Origin: Minisyncoccota bacterium
Lineage (GTDB): Bacteria > Patescibacteriota > Minisyncoccia > UBA6257 > XYB1-36-10
Assembly (NCBI GenBank): GCA_041651415.1
Contig: JBAZJH010000001.1
Span: forward strand, 151,713-215,712
Length of the DNA stretch: 64,000 nucleotides
Direction of reading: 5' to 3'
In this document: positions 7,816-16,276 of the stretch, piece by piece
How the letters are laid out: the number at the start of each line of letters is the position of its first letter
How positions within the stretch are numbered: position 1 is the stretch's first letter
The notes under the pieces: model-generated
Seen by the model: the letters and a program-made list of their open reading frames with translations, nothing else
Databases searched by the model: none
Told to the model about the DNA's origin: nothing
Made by a program: the position numbers and the translations under genes

Positions 7816-9462
7816 ATGAAAGAAGAAATAAAAATTAAAAAGTTGGTGGCATTATACGCTCGTGTTTCTACCGAACGGCAGGAGGTGCAAAAAACAATTA
7901 AAACACAACTTTTAGCAATTAAGGATTTTGCTGAAAAGCAGGGTTACGCCATAGTTGAAAGATATATTGATAATGGTTGGAGTGGAGGTATTTTTGAGAG
8001 ACCGGAATTAGATAGGTTACGTCAGGATGCTCAAAGTAAAAAACGAGCATGGGAAGCGGTGATAATATACGACCCAGACCGTTTATCACGCATATATTCT
8101 CACCAGGCATTTTTGACTGAAGAGTTGCAGAAAAAAGTGGAGATTATTTTCATTACTATTTCTACACCTAAAAACGATGAGGATAAGATTTTGTATGGAG
8201 TAAGAGGATTATTCGCGGAATATGAGAGGATGAAAATAAAGGAGCGTTTTCGTTTAGGAAAGTTAAGAAAGGTAAAAGAGGGTCATATACTGACAACGGA
8301 AGCGCCTTTTGGTTATAATTATATAAAAAGGAATGAGAATGTGCATGGTTATTATAAAATTAACGAAAATGAAGCAAGAATTATTAGAGATGTTTTTCAT
8401 TGGGTAGCTGACGAAAAATTAACTCTCCGGGCAGTGGTAAGGAGATTAAAGGAAATGAATATAAAACCTCGCAAGAGTAAGAGGGGGGTATGGAATACAA
8501 CCACGCTTGGAACAATTTTAAGGAATAAAACTTATATTGGCGAAGCTCATTACGGAAAGTCGTATGCGGTAGAGCCGGAAAAGCCGTTAAAGCAGGAAAA
8601 ATATCGCAAGATTAGAAAAACAAGCAGAAAAATCAGACCGGAAGAAGAGTGGATAAAAATACCAGTGCCGGCAATAATTGATAGCTATTTATTTGAAAGA
8701 GTGGAAAGACAACTAAAAAATAATTATGAGCAATCAAAGAGAAATAGAAAAAATGATTATCTTTTAGCCGGAAAGATTTGGTGTTCGTGTGGGTGTAGGC
8801 GAGTGGGTGAGGGCGCTCAAAAAGGAAAACATTTGTATTATCGTTGCTCTGCAAGAAATCTTAATTTTCCCTTACCTGTGGAATGTAAAGAAAGAGGTAT
8901 TAACGCTAAAGTGGTTGATAGTAAGTTATGGGAACGAATGGTGAGGTTTATGAGTTCGCCTGAACTTCTACAAGAACAAGTAAACAGGTGGGGAAAAAGC
9001 AGAAAAAATAGGGTAAATGAGAGCGTAAAAGATAAAGAGATTGTTAAAAAGGAGGTTCTTAAACTTAAAGAAGAAAGAGAGCGTTATACGAAGGCCTACG
9101 GCGCGGGAGTGCTTACTTTAGAGCAACTGAAATGGAATAGTGATGAGATAGGGCAAAAGATTACTTCTTTAGAAAAAGAAATTACTGCATACGAGACGCA
9201 AGAAGGACAAACTGAAAAATTATCATTTCCAACAAAAGAAGAAATTGAAGTTTTTGCTAATAAAGCCAAAAACACTCTTAATAACTTGAACTTTGAAGAG
9301 AAAAGCCGCATAGTTAAGGACGCTATAGATAAAATAGTCGGTTATAAAGAAAAACTAAAAGTCATAGGAAAACTTCCTATCACTACATTAAATTATGTCG
9401 GGTTACAAACTATCAATGGGAATAGTGGGGTTGCCGAATGTGGGAAAGTCTACGCTTTTTAA
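7816..9462 (+). CDS. Large serine recombinase (serine integrase)
   Basis: N-terminal resolvase domain LYARVSTERQ with the catalytic Ser, followed by a recombinase domain and a Cys-rich zinc ribbon (CSCGCRR...YYRCSA) and a C-terminal coiled-coil. 548 aa. Confidence 0.9.
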   Translation: MKEEIKIKKLVALYARVSTERQEVQKTIKTQLLAIKDFAEKQGYAIVERYIDNGWSGGIFERPELDRLRQDAQSKKRAWEAVIIYDPDRLSRIYSHQAFLTEELQKKVEIIFITISTPKNDEDKILYGVRGLFAEYERMKIKERFRLGKLRKVKEGHILTTEAPFGYNYIKRNENVHGYYKINENEARIIRDVFHWVADEKLTLRAVVRRLKEMNIKPRKSKRGVWNTTTLGTILRNKTYIGEAHYGKSYAVEPEKPLKQEKYRKIRKTSRKIRPEEEWIKIPVPAIIDSYLFERVERQLKNNYEQSKRNRKNDYLLAGKIWCSCGCRRVGEGAQKGKHLYYRCSARNLNFPLPVECKERGINAKVVDSKLWERMVRFMSSPELLQEQVNRWGKSRKNRVNESVKDKEIVKKEVLKLKEERERYTKAYGAGVLTLEQLKWNSDEIGQKITSLEKEITAYETQEGQTEKLSFPTKEEIEVFANKAKNTLNNLNFEEKSRIVKDAIDKIVGYKEKLKVIGKLPITTLNYVGLQTINGNSGVAECGKVYAF

Positions 9463-10408
9463 GATTTTAACGAAACAAGATATTAATATCGCCAATTATC
9501 CGTTTGCGACTATAGACCCGAATGTGGGAGTTGTGGCAGTGCCGGATGAAAGATTGGAAAAATTAAATGAGCTGTCAAAAAGCGTTAAAAAAATTCCGGC
9601 AGTCGTGGAATTTTATGATATCGCGGGGCTTGTTAGGGGAGCAGGGAAAGGAGAGGGACTGGGAAATCAGTTTTTAGCGAATATCAGAGAGACAAACGCC
9701 ATAGTTCAGGTAGTCCGTGTTTTTCAAGGCGGGGAAATAATTCATGTGGAAGAAAGCGTCAATCCGGAAAGAGATATTGATATTATAAATTTGGAATTGA
9801 TATTTAAGGACTTGGAAACAGTGGAAAAAAGAATCGGGAGTTTGGAAAAAGAAGCGAGAGGAGACAAAAAGAAAGAAAAATCTTTGGCAATTATGAAAAA
9901 ACTGAAAGAAGAGCTTTTGGCCGATAAGCTGGCTAATTCGCTTTCGGAAGAAATAAAAGAAGAGCCGGCAGTCAAAGAATTAAATTTATTGACTTTAAAA
10001 CCGCAGATTTATTTATTGAACGGAAAAGAAGAAGACGTGGCGGAAAATTTAAAAGAAAAAATAAGGAAACTCGGAGCGGATTTTTTGATTTTTGATTTAG
10101 CGGAAGCGGAAGATGTAAACGAGCTGATAAAAAAATCGTATGAGGTTTTAGGATTAATCAGTTTCTTTACGACTGGAGTTGATGAAACGCGGGCTTGGAC
10201 AATAAGGAGGGGAGTGAAAGCACCGGAAGCGGCGGGAACTATCCATACGGATTTTGAAAAGAAATTTATCAGGGCGGAAGTGATAAATTGGCAGGAGCTT
10301 TTAAATATTGGCGGCTGGTCAGGCGCCAAACAAAAAGGCAAGCTTCGTTTGGAGGGGAAAGAGTATGTTTTTCAAGACGGGGATGTGACGGAAATCAGAC
10401 ATGGATAA
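9395..10408 (+). CDS. ychF: Ribosome-binding ATPase YchF (Obg-family GTPase)
   Basis: GIVGLPNVGKSTLF P-loop, NYPFATIDPNVGVV, and the C-terminal TGS-domain region. Alternative start at 9416 (MGIVGL). The first 68 nt overlap the integrase gene. Confidence 0.9.
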   Translation: MSGYKLSMGIVGLPNVGKSTLFKILTKQDINIANYPFATIDPNVGVVAVPDERLEKLNELSKSVKKIPAVVEFYDIAGLVRGAGKGEGLGNQFLANIRETNAIVQVVRVFQGGEIIHVEESVNPERDIDIINLELIFKDLETVEKRIGSLEKEARGDKKKEKSLAIMKKLKEELLADKLANSLSEEIKEEPAVKELNLLTLKPQIYLLNGKEEDVAENLKEKIRKLGADFLIFDLAEAEDVNELIKKSYEVLGLISFFTTGVDETRAWTIRRGVKAPEAAGTIHTDFEKKFIRAEVINWQELLNIGGWSGAKQKGKLRLEGKEYVFQDGDVTEIRHG

Positions 10409-10496
10409 TTTTATTGAAAATATTTGCTAAAAACGAATATGCAGAATAACTGAAATCTTCTGATGTTTCTTGTTGTCCAACTAGACACTAGCTATC

Positions 10497-11984
10497 CTAA
10501 ATTTTAAAAACATATTTGGCATCCTGCGGGATGCTTTTTTCTTTTTCCAGCAGAATATAAAAAATGTTTTTTTCTTTCTGCTTTTCCGGCGTGAAAGTGT
10601 CTGTGATAAACATTATCGTTTGTGAAGGCATAGGAATGCCTCTTACGAGAACGCCGTTATTTTCAACAATGACATATTTTTTTTCTTTTTGCGGGAGAGA
10701 GTTTATTATATTTCCGATTTCTGCGTAATCTGAAGAGAAAGCATCTTTGGTGTTTTTGTTATTAGCCCATTCGAAAAAATATCTTTGATAAGAATTTAAA
10801 ATAAGAAGAAGAAAGAAAACAAAAGCGAGAAAGAAGGATATTTTTCTAAAGACGGGAGAAAATTCTTTAAGTTTGCGAAAGATAAATTCGCCTCCGATAG
10901 CGGAAAAAATAAAAACAGACGGCGCCATAAGAATGGCGCGAAGAGCGTGCGGCAGGCCTTCGCTTGAGACAATAACCGGCAAGGAAGCGAGAATAAACCA
11001 AGAAAAAATAATAGAGAAGGGAAATCGGCTTTGGACTCCCGATTTATTAAACGGCGGGCAAGAAGCAATAAAATGGAAAATAGAAATGAACAGTCCGATT
11101 AGAAAAAGAATGCCGATTGGCCAGTAAAGGAGCGGAGAGCCGGAAAAATTGTGGCGCCAATTAAAATCGCCGACAAAGTTAAACATACCGAAAGTTTTCA
11201 ACACATTTTCTGTTAATAATTTTGTCGGAGAAGCGGAGGTGAAAATGGAAACTTGAGAAGTTCTTCCTAAAAAATCCTGCGGGTTGTTCAAAAAATAAAT
11301 TCCGAGCGGCGCGGCGAGAAGAATCGTGAAAAAAATAAAAACCAAAGTGAATTTCCAAAACTGCCGATTTTTATAAAAGAAAGGAATAAAAAGAAGAAAA
11401 AGAAGGGGAAGAACGCGATAGGCGATATAAGAATAAAATCCCAGACCGAAAAAGATGCCTCCTAAAGCAGAGAGAAAATAAGCTTTCCTTCTGGCGTTTT
11501 CCGGAAGCTGAACCGCTTTTAAGAAAAAATAAAGGGCAAAAACGGCAAAAAAAGGAGCTATGATGGCTCGAAAGCCGATACGGGAAAAATTGATATGCCA
11601 GAAACTTATCGCCATAAAAAAAGAAGAAAGAAGAGCGATGGTTTCCTTCTCATGCCTGTTTTTTTTTATGAGAAGTTCTTTAACGAGAAGATAAAGCCCG
11701 AGAACGGTTAAGATTCCAAAAATGGCGGAAGGCAGGCGGAGAGTTTCTGCGGTATTTGGAAGAAGCTTAAGAAATCCAGCTTGAATATTGATGAATAATC
11801 CTTCGCGGCCGTTATTTTCGGGATAAAAGATTTTATAATCGCCTGTGGCGTTAGCTTCTAGGGCATTATTGCCGTTCATAGCTTCATCGGGATAAAGCCC
11901 GGGAGGAGTTTCGGAAAGATTATAGAGGCGGAAAAAGGAAGCGACAATAATTATTAAAAAAAGAAGGAAGTATCTATTTTTCAT
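10497..11984 (-). CDS. Polytopic membrane glycosyltransferase, GT39/GT83 (ArnT/PMT-like)
   Basis: N-terminal TM helix followed by a ...PGLYPDEAMNG... loop, then more than 10 predicted TM helices. 495 aa. Confidence 0.6.
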   Translation of the reverse strand: MKNRYFLLFLIIIVASFFRLYNLSETPPGLYPDEAMNGNNALEANATGDYKIFYPENNGREGLFINIQAGFLKLLPNTAETLRLPSAIFGILTVLGLYLLVKELLIKKNRHEKETIALLSSFFMAISFWHINFSRIGFRAIIAPFFAVFALYFFLKAVQLPENARRKAYFLSALGGIFFGLGFYSYIAYRVLPLLFLLFIPFFYKNRQFWKFTLVFIFFTILLAAPLGIYFLNNPQDFLGRTSQVSIFTSASPTKLLTENVLKTFGMFNFVGDFNWRHNFSGSPLLYWPIGILFLIGLFISIFHFIASCPPFNKSGVQSRFPFSIIFSWFILASLPVIVSSEGLPHALRAILMAPSVFIFSAIGGEFIFRKLKEFSPVFRKISFFLAFVFFLLLILNSYQRYFFEWANNKNTKDAFSSDYAEIGNIINSLPQKEKKYVIVENNGVLVRGIPMPSQTIMFITDTFTPEKQKEKNIFYILLEKEKSIPQDAKYVFKI

Positions 11985-12015
11985 ATATCTAGATTATATC
12001 ATTTTTTCTTTTTCT

Positions 12016-12053
12016 TATTCTTATTCTAATGTTCTGCAGAATATTAGAATAAG
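12016..12053. promoter_or_regulatory. 38-bp near-perfect palindrome (TTCTTATTCTAAT-gttCTGCAGaat-ATTAGAATAAGAA) in the divergent intergenic region upstream of pgk, with a TATAAT box at about 12080
   Basis: Inverted repeat with one mismatch, seen directly in the sequence. It contains the TTAGAATAAGAA motif that is also upstream of tpiA. Confidence 0.5.
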
Positions 12054-12097
12054 AAATTGGCGGTAAAAATATTTCCTGTGCTATAATTTATTTCGTT

Positions 12098-13198
12098 ATG
12101 AATATCAGATATTTATCGAAAGCGAATAAAAAATATTTATCGGGAACGGCGATTGTTCGACTTGATTTGAACGATGACGGATACAGAATGGAAAGAGCTA
12201 TCCCGACTTTAAAATACATTTTAAAATTTGCGAATAAGCTGGTTATTTTATCGCACAAAGGCAGACCGGAGCCGTCTCTGACTTTAAGAGATAATAAAAA
12301 ATATTCGTTGGAACCGGAGGCGGAAAAGCTTTCCAAATTATTGGATAAGAAAATCGATTTTATCGGGCACATAAGATTATCAGAAGCGGGAAACGAAATC
12401 AGGAACGCGAAAAGCGGTTCGATTTTTATGCTGGAAAACACCAGATTTTTAGAGGGAGAAAAAGAAGACGAGAGAGAACTAGCAGAACATTTTGCTTCTT
12501 TGGGGAATTATTTTGTGAATGAAGCTTTCGCTTCTTCACACCGCAAGAACGCTTCCGTAACCGGCATAACGAAATTTTTGCCGTCTTACGCCGGATTTGA
12601 TTTTGAAGACGAGGTGGAAAATCTTTTCAGAATAATGAAAAAAACGAAAAGGCCATTTATTGCCATATTCGGAGGAGCAAAAATTTCCGATAAATTAATC
12701 ACTATGCTAAGTTTCAGGAAAAAAGCGGATTGTATGTTAATCGGCGGAGCGCTTGCCAATACTATTCTTTATCTAAGAGGGGAAAAAGTGGGAAAGTCGC
12801 TTATAGAAAAAGAAATGGACGGAGCAATGCTTAAAATCGCCGGAATGAAAAATTTGGTAATGCCGAAAGACTTCAGAAAAAAAGGAACGGCAATTCTTGA
12901 TATCGGGCCGAAAACGGAAAAAGAATATGCGGCCATTATTAAAAAAGCGAAAACCATAGTTTGGAACGGCCCGATGGGAGCCTTTGAAATGAAAGGATTT
13001 GAAAATGGAACAAAAAGGGTTATAAAGGAAATAGCGAATTCCAGAGCGTTTTCAGTAGTCGGCGGAAGCGAGACGCTTGTTTTAATCAGAAAGATGAAAT
13101 TGGAAAAAAAGTTCGGGTTTATTTCAACCGGCGGAGGAGCGATGCTGGAATTTTTAGGCGGGAAGAAACTGCCCGGAGTGGAAGCGTTAAAAAAATAA
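12098..13198 (+). CDS. pgk: Phosphoglycerate kinase
   Basis: VRLDLNDDG...RAIPTLKYIL...LSHKGRP and the C-terminal GGGA...LPGV motifs. Confidence 0.85.
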   Translation: MNIRYLSKANKKYLSGTAIVRLDLNDDGYRMERAIPTLKYILKFANKLVILSHKGRPEPSLTLRDNKKYSLEPEAEKLSKLLDKKIDFIGHIRLSEAGNEIRNAKSGSIFMLENTRFLEGEKEDERELAEHFASLGNYFVNEAFASSHRKNASVTGITKFLPSYAGFDFEDEVENLFRIMKKTKRPFIAIFGGAKISDKLITMLSFRKKADCMLIGGALANTILYLRGEKVGKSLIEKEMDGAMLKIAGMKNLVMPKDFRKKGTAILDIGPKTEKEYAAIIKKAKTIVWNGPMGAFEMKGFENGTKRVIKEIANSRAFSVVGGSETLVLIRKMKLEKKFGFISTGGGAMLEFLGGKKLPGVEALKK

Positions 13199-13241
13199 AT
13201 ACGTATCAGAGGCCGTGCGATAAAGATAGGATAAAAAAGTT

Positions 13242-13889
13242 ATGGAAGATAAAAAATTAATCTCAAACATTTTAGCGTTACATAAAAAAACATATAATGA
13301 ACTTGCAAAAGAGTATGAGAGTAGAGCTGAAAGTTTGTTTGATGTTACCAGAAACGCAATGGATAACTTTTCTTTTTTTATTAAGTCGAAAGGATTGATT
13401 TTGGATGTCGGATGCGGAGTTGGTGTTGCTATGAATATCCTTGCGAAGAAAGGTTTTAAATTAATCGGACTAGATTTATCACAAAAAATGATTGATTTTG
13501 CCAAGAAAAGAAATCCTGGAATAAAGATAATTAAAGGAGATTTTTTAAAAACGGAATTTGATGAAAAATTTGACGCAATTTTAACTTTTGCTTTCATTCA
13601 TTTATTTCCTAAATCGGAAGTTCCAAAGATATTTGATAAGATAAAATCAATTTTAAAACCTGGCGGAGTTGCATTAATCAGCTCAACGGAAAAATTTGAA
13701 AGTAAAGAAGGCATATCCATTAAAGAAGGCTATAATATAAAACTCAAGCGTTTCAGAAAATCCTGGACAGAGCAGGAACTTAGAGAGTCGATATCACAAT
13801 CAGGTTTTAGAGAGCTGGCTTTTAAAAAATATTCTGATCCTTTTAATAAAATATGGATGGATTTTATAGTACAATTTAAAATAAAATAA
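13242..13889 (+). CDS. Class I SAM-dependent methyltransferase
   Basis: Motif I LDVGCGVGV...GFKLIGLDLS. Confidence 0.75.
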   Translation: MEDKKLISNILALHKKTYNELAKEYESRAESLFDVTRNAMDNFSFFIKSKGLILDVGCGVGVAMNILAKKGFKLIGLDLSQKMIDFAKKRNPGIKIIKGDFLKTEFDEKFDAILTFAFIHLFPKSEVPKIFDKIKSILKPGGVALISSTEKFESKEGISIKEGYNIKLKRFRKSWTEQELRESISQSGFRELAFKKYSDPFNKIWMDFIVQFKIK

Positions 13890-13892
13890 AAA

Positions 13893-14750
13893 ATGACGGA
13901 CAAAAATAAAAAAATAGCGGTGATTTATCATCGGGATTGCGAAGACGGTTTCAGCGCCGCCTGGGTAGCATGGAAAAAATTCGGCAATAAAGCGGATTAT
14001 TTCCCGATGTTTTACCAAAGCGGATGGCCAAAAGGGTTAAAGAAAAAAGAAATTTATATGGTGGATTTTTCTTATCTGCCGGAAGAGTTAAAAGAAATAA
14101 AAAAGAATAATGAAAAAGTGATTGTGATTGACCATCATAAAACAGCGGAAGAATCTTTTAAAAAAGCCGATGGCGGGCTGTTTGATTTGAAGCATTCTGG
14201 CGCCACACTTGCTTGGAAATATTTTTTTCCGAATAAGAAAGTTCCTTTACTCTTAGAATATGTGGAAGACGGGGACTTGTGGCTTTTTAAGAAAAAAAAT
14301 CCTAAAGAAATGATGGCTTATATTTCCACCCTTAGTTTTGATTTCCGCGTTTTTGATAAAGCGGCTAAAGATTTTGAATCTTCGGAAAAAAGAAAAATCT
14401 TTTTAGAAAAAGGAAAATCAATTTTGAAACATGACCAAAAAATGATTGAAGAAATATTTGAATCGGGAGCCGAAGAGGTGATTTTTGAAGGAAAAAAAAT
14501 ATTTGCCGTTAATTCTCCTGTTTTAGTTTCTGAGCTCGGTCATTTCCTTCGCAAAAAAAAGCCGCCGATGGCGATTATTTGGCATAAAAAGAATGACGGG
14601 AGAATAAAAGTTTCCTTGCGTTCCGACGGAAAAGTTGATGTCGGAGAAATTGCCCAAAAAATGGCGAAAGGCGGTGGCGGTCATAAAGCCGCGGCCGGTT
14701 TTGTTTTGGAAAAAGGAACGTCTCTTCCTTGGAAATCAATCAATTCTTAA
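13893..14750 (+). CDS. DHH/DHHA1 family phosphoesterase (NrnA-like)
   Basis: IDHHKT (DHH motif) and GGGGHKAAAG (DHHA1 motif). Confidence 0.75.
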   Translation: MTDKNKKIAVIYHRDCEDGFSAAWVAWKKFGNKADYFPMFYQSGWPKGLKKKEIYMVDFSYLPEELKEIKKNNEKVIVIDHHKTAEESFKKADGGLFDLKHSGATLAWKYFFPNKKVPLLLEYVEDGDLWLFKKKNPKEMMAYISTLSFDFRVFDKAAKDFESSEKRKIFLEKGKSILKHDQKMIEEIFESGAEEVIFEGKKIFAVNSPVLVSELGHFLRKKKPPMAIIWHKKNDGRIKVSLRSDGKVDVGEIAQKMAKGGGGHKAAAGFVLEKGTSLPWKSINS

Positions 14751-14756
14751 ATTAAA

Positions 14757-15191
14757 ATGGAAAACAAACTTTTTAAAAGCTCCAACAAGCTTGTTATTTA
14801 TACTGACGGAGGCGCGCGAGGAAATCCGGGGCCGGCGGCAATCGGCGCGGTAGTCGGAGAAAAAAAATATGCGGAATATATCGGAAAAGCCACTAATAAT
14901 GTGGCGGAATATAAAGCGGTTATTTTTGCTTTAAAAAAAGCGAAACATCTTCTCGGCGGAAAAGCGGCTTCTTCGGAAATTGAGATAAGGATGGATAGCG
15001 AGCTTGTGGCAAGACAGCTTTCCGGAATTTATCGCATTAAAGAAAATGATTTAAAAATTCTTTTTGCCGACGTCCATAATTTGGAATTTGATTTTAAAGA
15101 AGTTTCTTTTATTCATATTCCACGCGAAAAAAACAAAGAAGCGGATAAACTAGTAAATGAAGAGCTGGATAAACAAAAAACTTCGTTTTAA
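14757..15191 (+). CDS. rnhA: Ribonuclease HI
   Basis: IYTDGGARGNPGPAAIGAVV with the catalytic DxE...D pattern. 144 aa. Confidence 0.9.
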   Translation: MENKLFKSSNKLVIYTDGGARGNPGPAAIGAVVGEKKYAEYIGKATNNVAEYKAVIFALKKAKHLLGGKAASSEIEIRMDSELVARQLSGIYRIKENDLKILFADVHNLEFDFKEVSFIHIPREKNKEADKLVNEELDKQKTSF

Positions 15192-15204
15192 GACGAAGTT
15201 TTTT
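15175..15204. terminator. Bidirectional rho-independent terminator shared by rnhA (+) and rnpB (-)
   Basis: AAAAAA-CTTCGT-tttaag-ACGAAG-TTTTTT, with an A-run and a T-run on opposite sides. The rnhA stop codon lies in the loop. Confidence 0.7.
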
Positions 15205-15212
15205 GATATTTA

Positions 15213-15582
15213 TTAGCCAGTTATCATTAAGCCGGATTCTGTTTCGCCCGGAGGCGAAAGCAGCAATTTATCTGCTCTGGTCTTTGCAGACCGGAGTCAA
15301 GCGGCACAAACCAACATAAAATGTTGGAATACGGCCTTGCACCAGACAGGGCTTGCCAAACCGATATTTCGCAATATCGGCCCGTGAGCTCTTACCTCGC
15401 GATTTCAACCTTACTCCGACCTAAGTCGGAGCGGTGTATTTTCTGTTGTGCTTTCCGTGGAATCGCTTCCCGTCGCCGTTAGCGACTGTCTAGAACCGCT
15501 TCGCCAAATGGCGGATAGCGATTAGTGTCCGGACTTTCCTCTCCGACCTTAAGTCGGAGTAGCTGCTTTTCAAACTAGCTTT
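15213..15582 (-). ncRNA. rnpB: RNase P RNA (bacterial type)
   Basis: On the minus strand: the P4 5' strand GGAGAGGAAAGUCCGGAC (revcomp of 15523-15540), the P4 3' strand ACAGAAUCCGGCUUA (revcomp of 15226-15240), a GGUAAGAGCUCAC module, the P3 hairpin CUCCGACUUAAGGUCGGAG, and P1 pairing AGCUAGUU/AACUGGCU. About 370 nt. Confidence 0.85.
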
Positions 15583-15744
15583 TTATATTATAACACATTA
15601 TTTAACAAAATCAATAGTAAAAAAAACACACCCCTCTAACAAACCACCGAAGAGAGACTTCATTTCTTAATTAGTTAGTCATTAAAAATTATTAATTCCT
15701 TATTTTATTATAAAGTTATCCCCAGAAAAGTGTTTGGCGGGAGG

Positions 15745-15790
15745 GAGAGGTGGTGTATAATGAAATGAAAGTGGGGAAAGGTGGGGAAAG
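15745..15790 (+). promoter_or_regulatory. mraZ promoter/operator: three direct GTGG(G/T)G repeats (15750, 15771, 15781) with 21- and 10-bp spacing, overlapping a TATAAT box (15756-15761)
   Basis: MraZ family repressors bind phased direct repeats upstream of mraZ (established knowledge). The repeats GAAAGTGGGG AAAGGTGGGG are seen directly. Confidence 0.55.
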
Positions 15791-15841
15791 AAAAAATTAA
15801 TAACGCAGTCCTTCGATTTTACTCAGAAAATAATTTAAGAA

Positions 15842-16273
15842 ATGTTTTTAGGAGAATATCAACACAATTTGGATTTGAAAGGCAGAGTGGCGATGCCGGC
15901 AAAATTCCGAACAGGATTAAAGAAGGGAGCAATTATGACAAGAGGAATAGACGAATGTTTGTTTGTTTTCAATAAAGACGAATGGCAGAAACTGGCGGAC
16001 AAATTGATGGCGCTACCAATAACACAGGCAAATTCAAGAGCGTTCGTGCGATTGATGCTGGCGGGAGCGGCGGAAGCGCCAATTGACGGACAAGGAAGAG
16101 TGCTCGTGCCGGATTACTTAAGAGCATACGCAAGATTAGACAAAGAAGCGGTGATAATCGGATTATATTCGCGGGTGGAAATCTGGGACAAGAGAGTTTG
16201 GAATAAATATAAATATCGAACTGAAAAACAGTCGGAAAGAATAGCGGAACAATTGCGGGAGCTTGGAATTTAA
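15842..16273 (+). CDS. mraZ: Transcriptional regulator MraZ
   Basis: MFLGEYQHNLDLKGRVAMPAKFR... with two MraZ repeats. First gene of the dcw cluster. Confidence 0.9.
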   Translation: MFLGEYQHNLDLKGRVAMPAKFRTGLKKGAIMTRGIDECLFVFNKDEWQKLADKLMALPITQANSRAFVRLMLAGAAEAPIDGQGRVLVPDYLRAYARLDKEAVIIGLYSRVEIWDKRVWNKYKYRTEKQSERIAEQLRELGI

Positions 16274-16276
16274 GAG

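Larger units (their letters stand above)
1..9462 (+). mobile_element. Integrated mobile element (right-hand portion; left end outside the window) with a serine integrase at its right edge, abutting and overlapping ychF
   Basis: Gene content: GmrSD, unknown cargo, DUF5659-like, replication protein, Xis, serine integrase. The integrase stop at 9462 overlaps the ychF start (9395/9416). Confidence 0.65.

Noticed and set aside
15781-15975. 64-aa ORF upstream of and overlapping mraZ
   Set aside because: It starts inside the MraZ operator repeats and runs through the real mraZ start in another frame. There is no RBS, and its composition is driven by the GTGGGGAAAG repeats.
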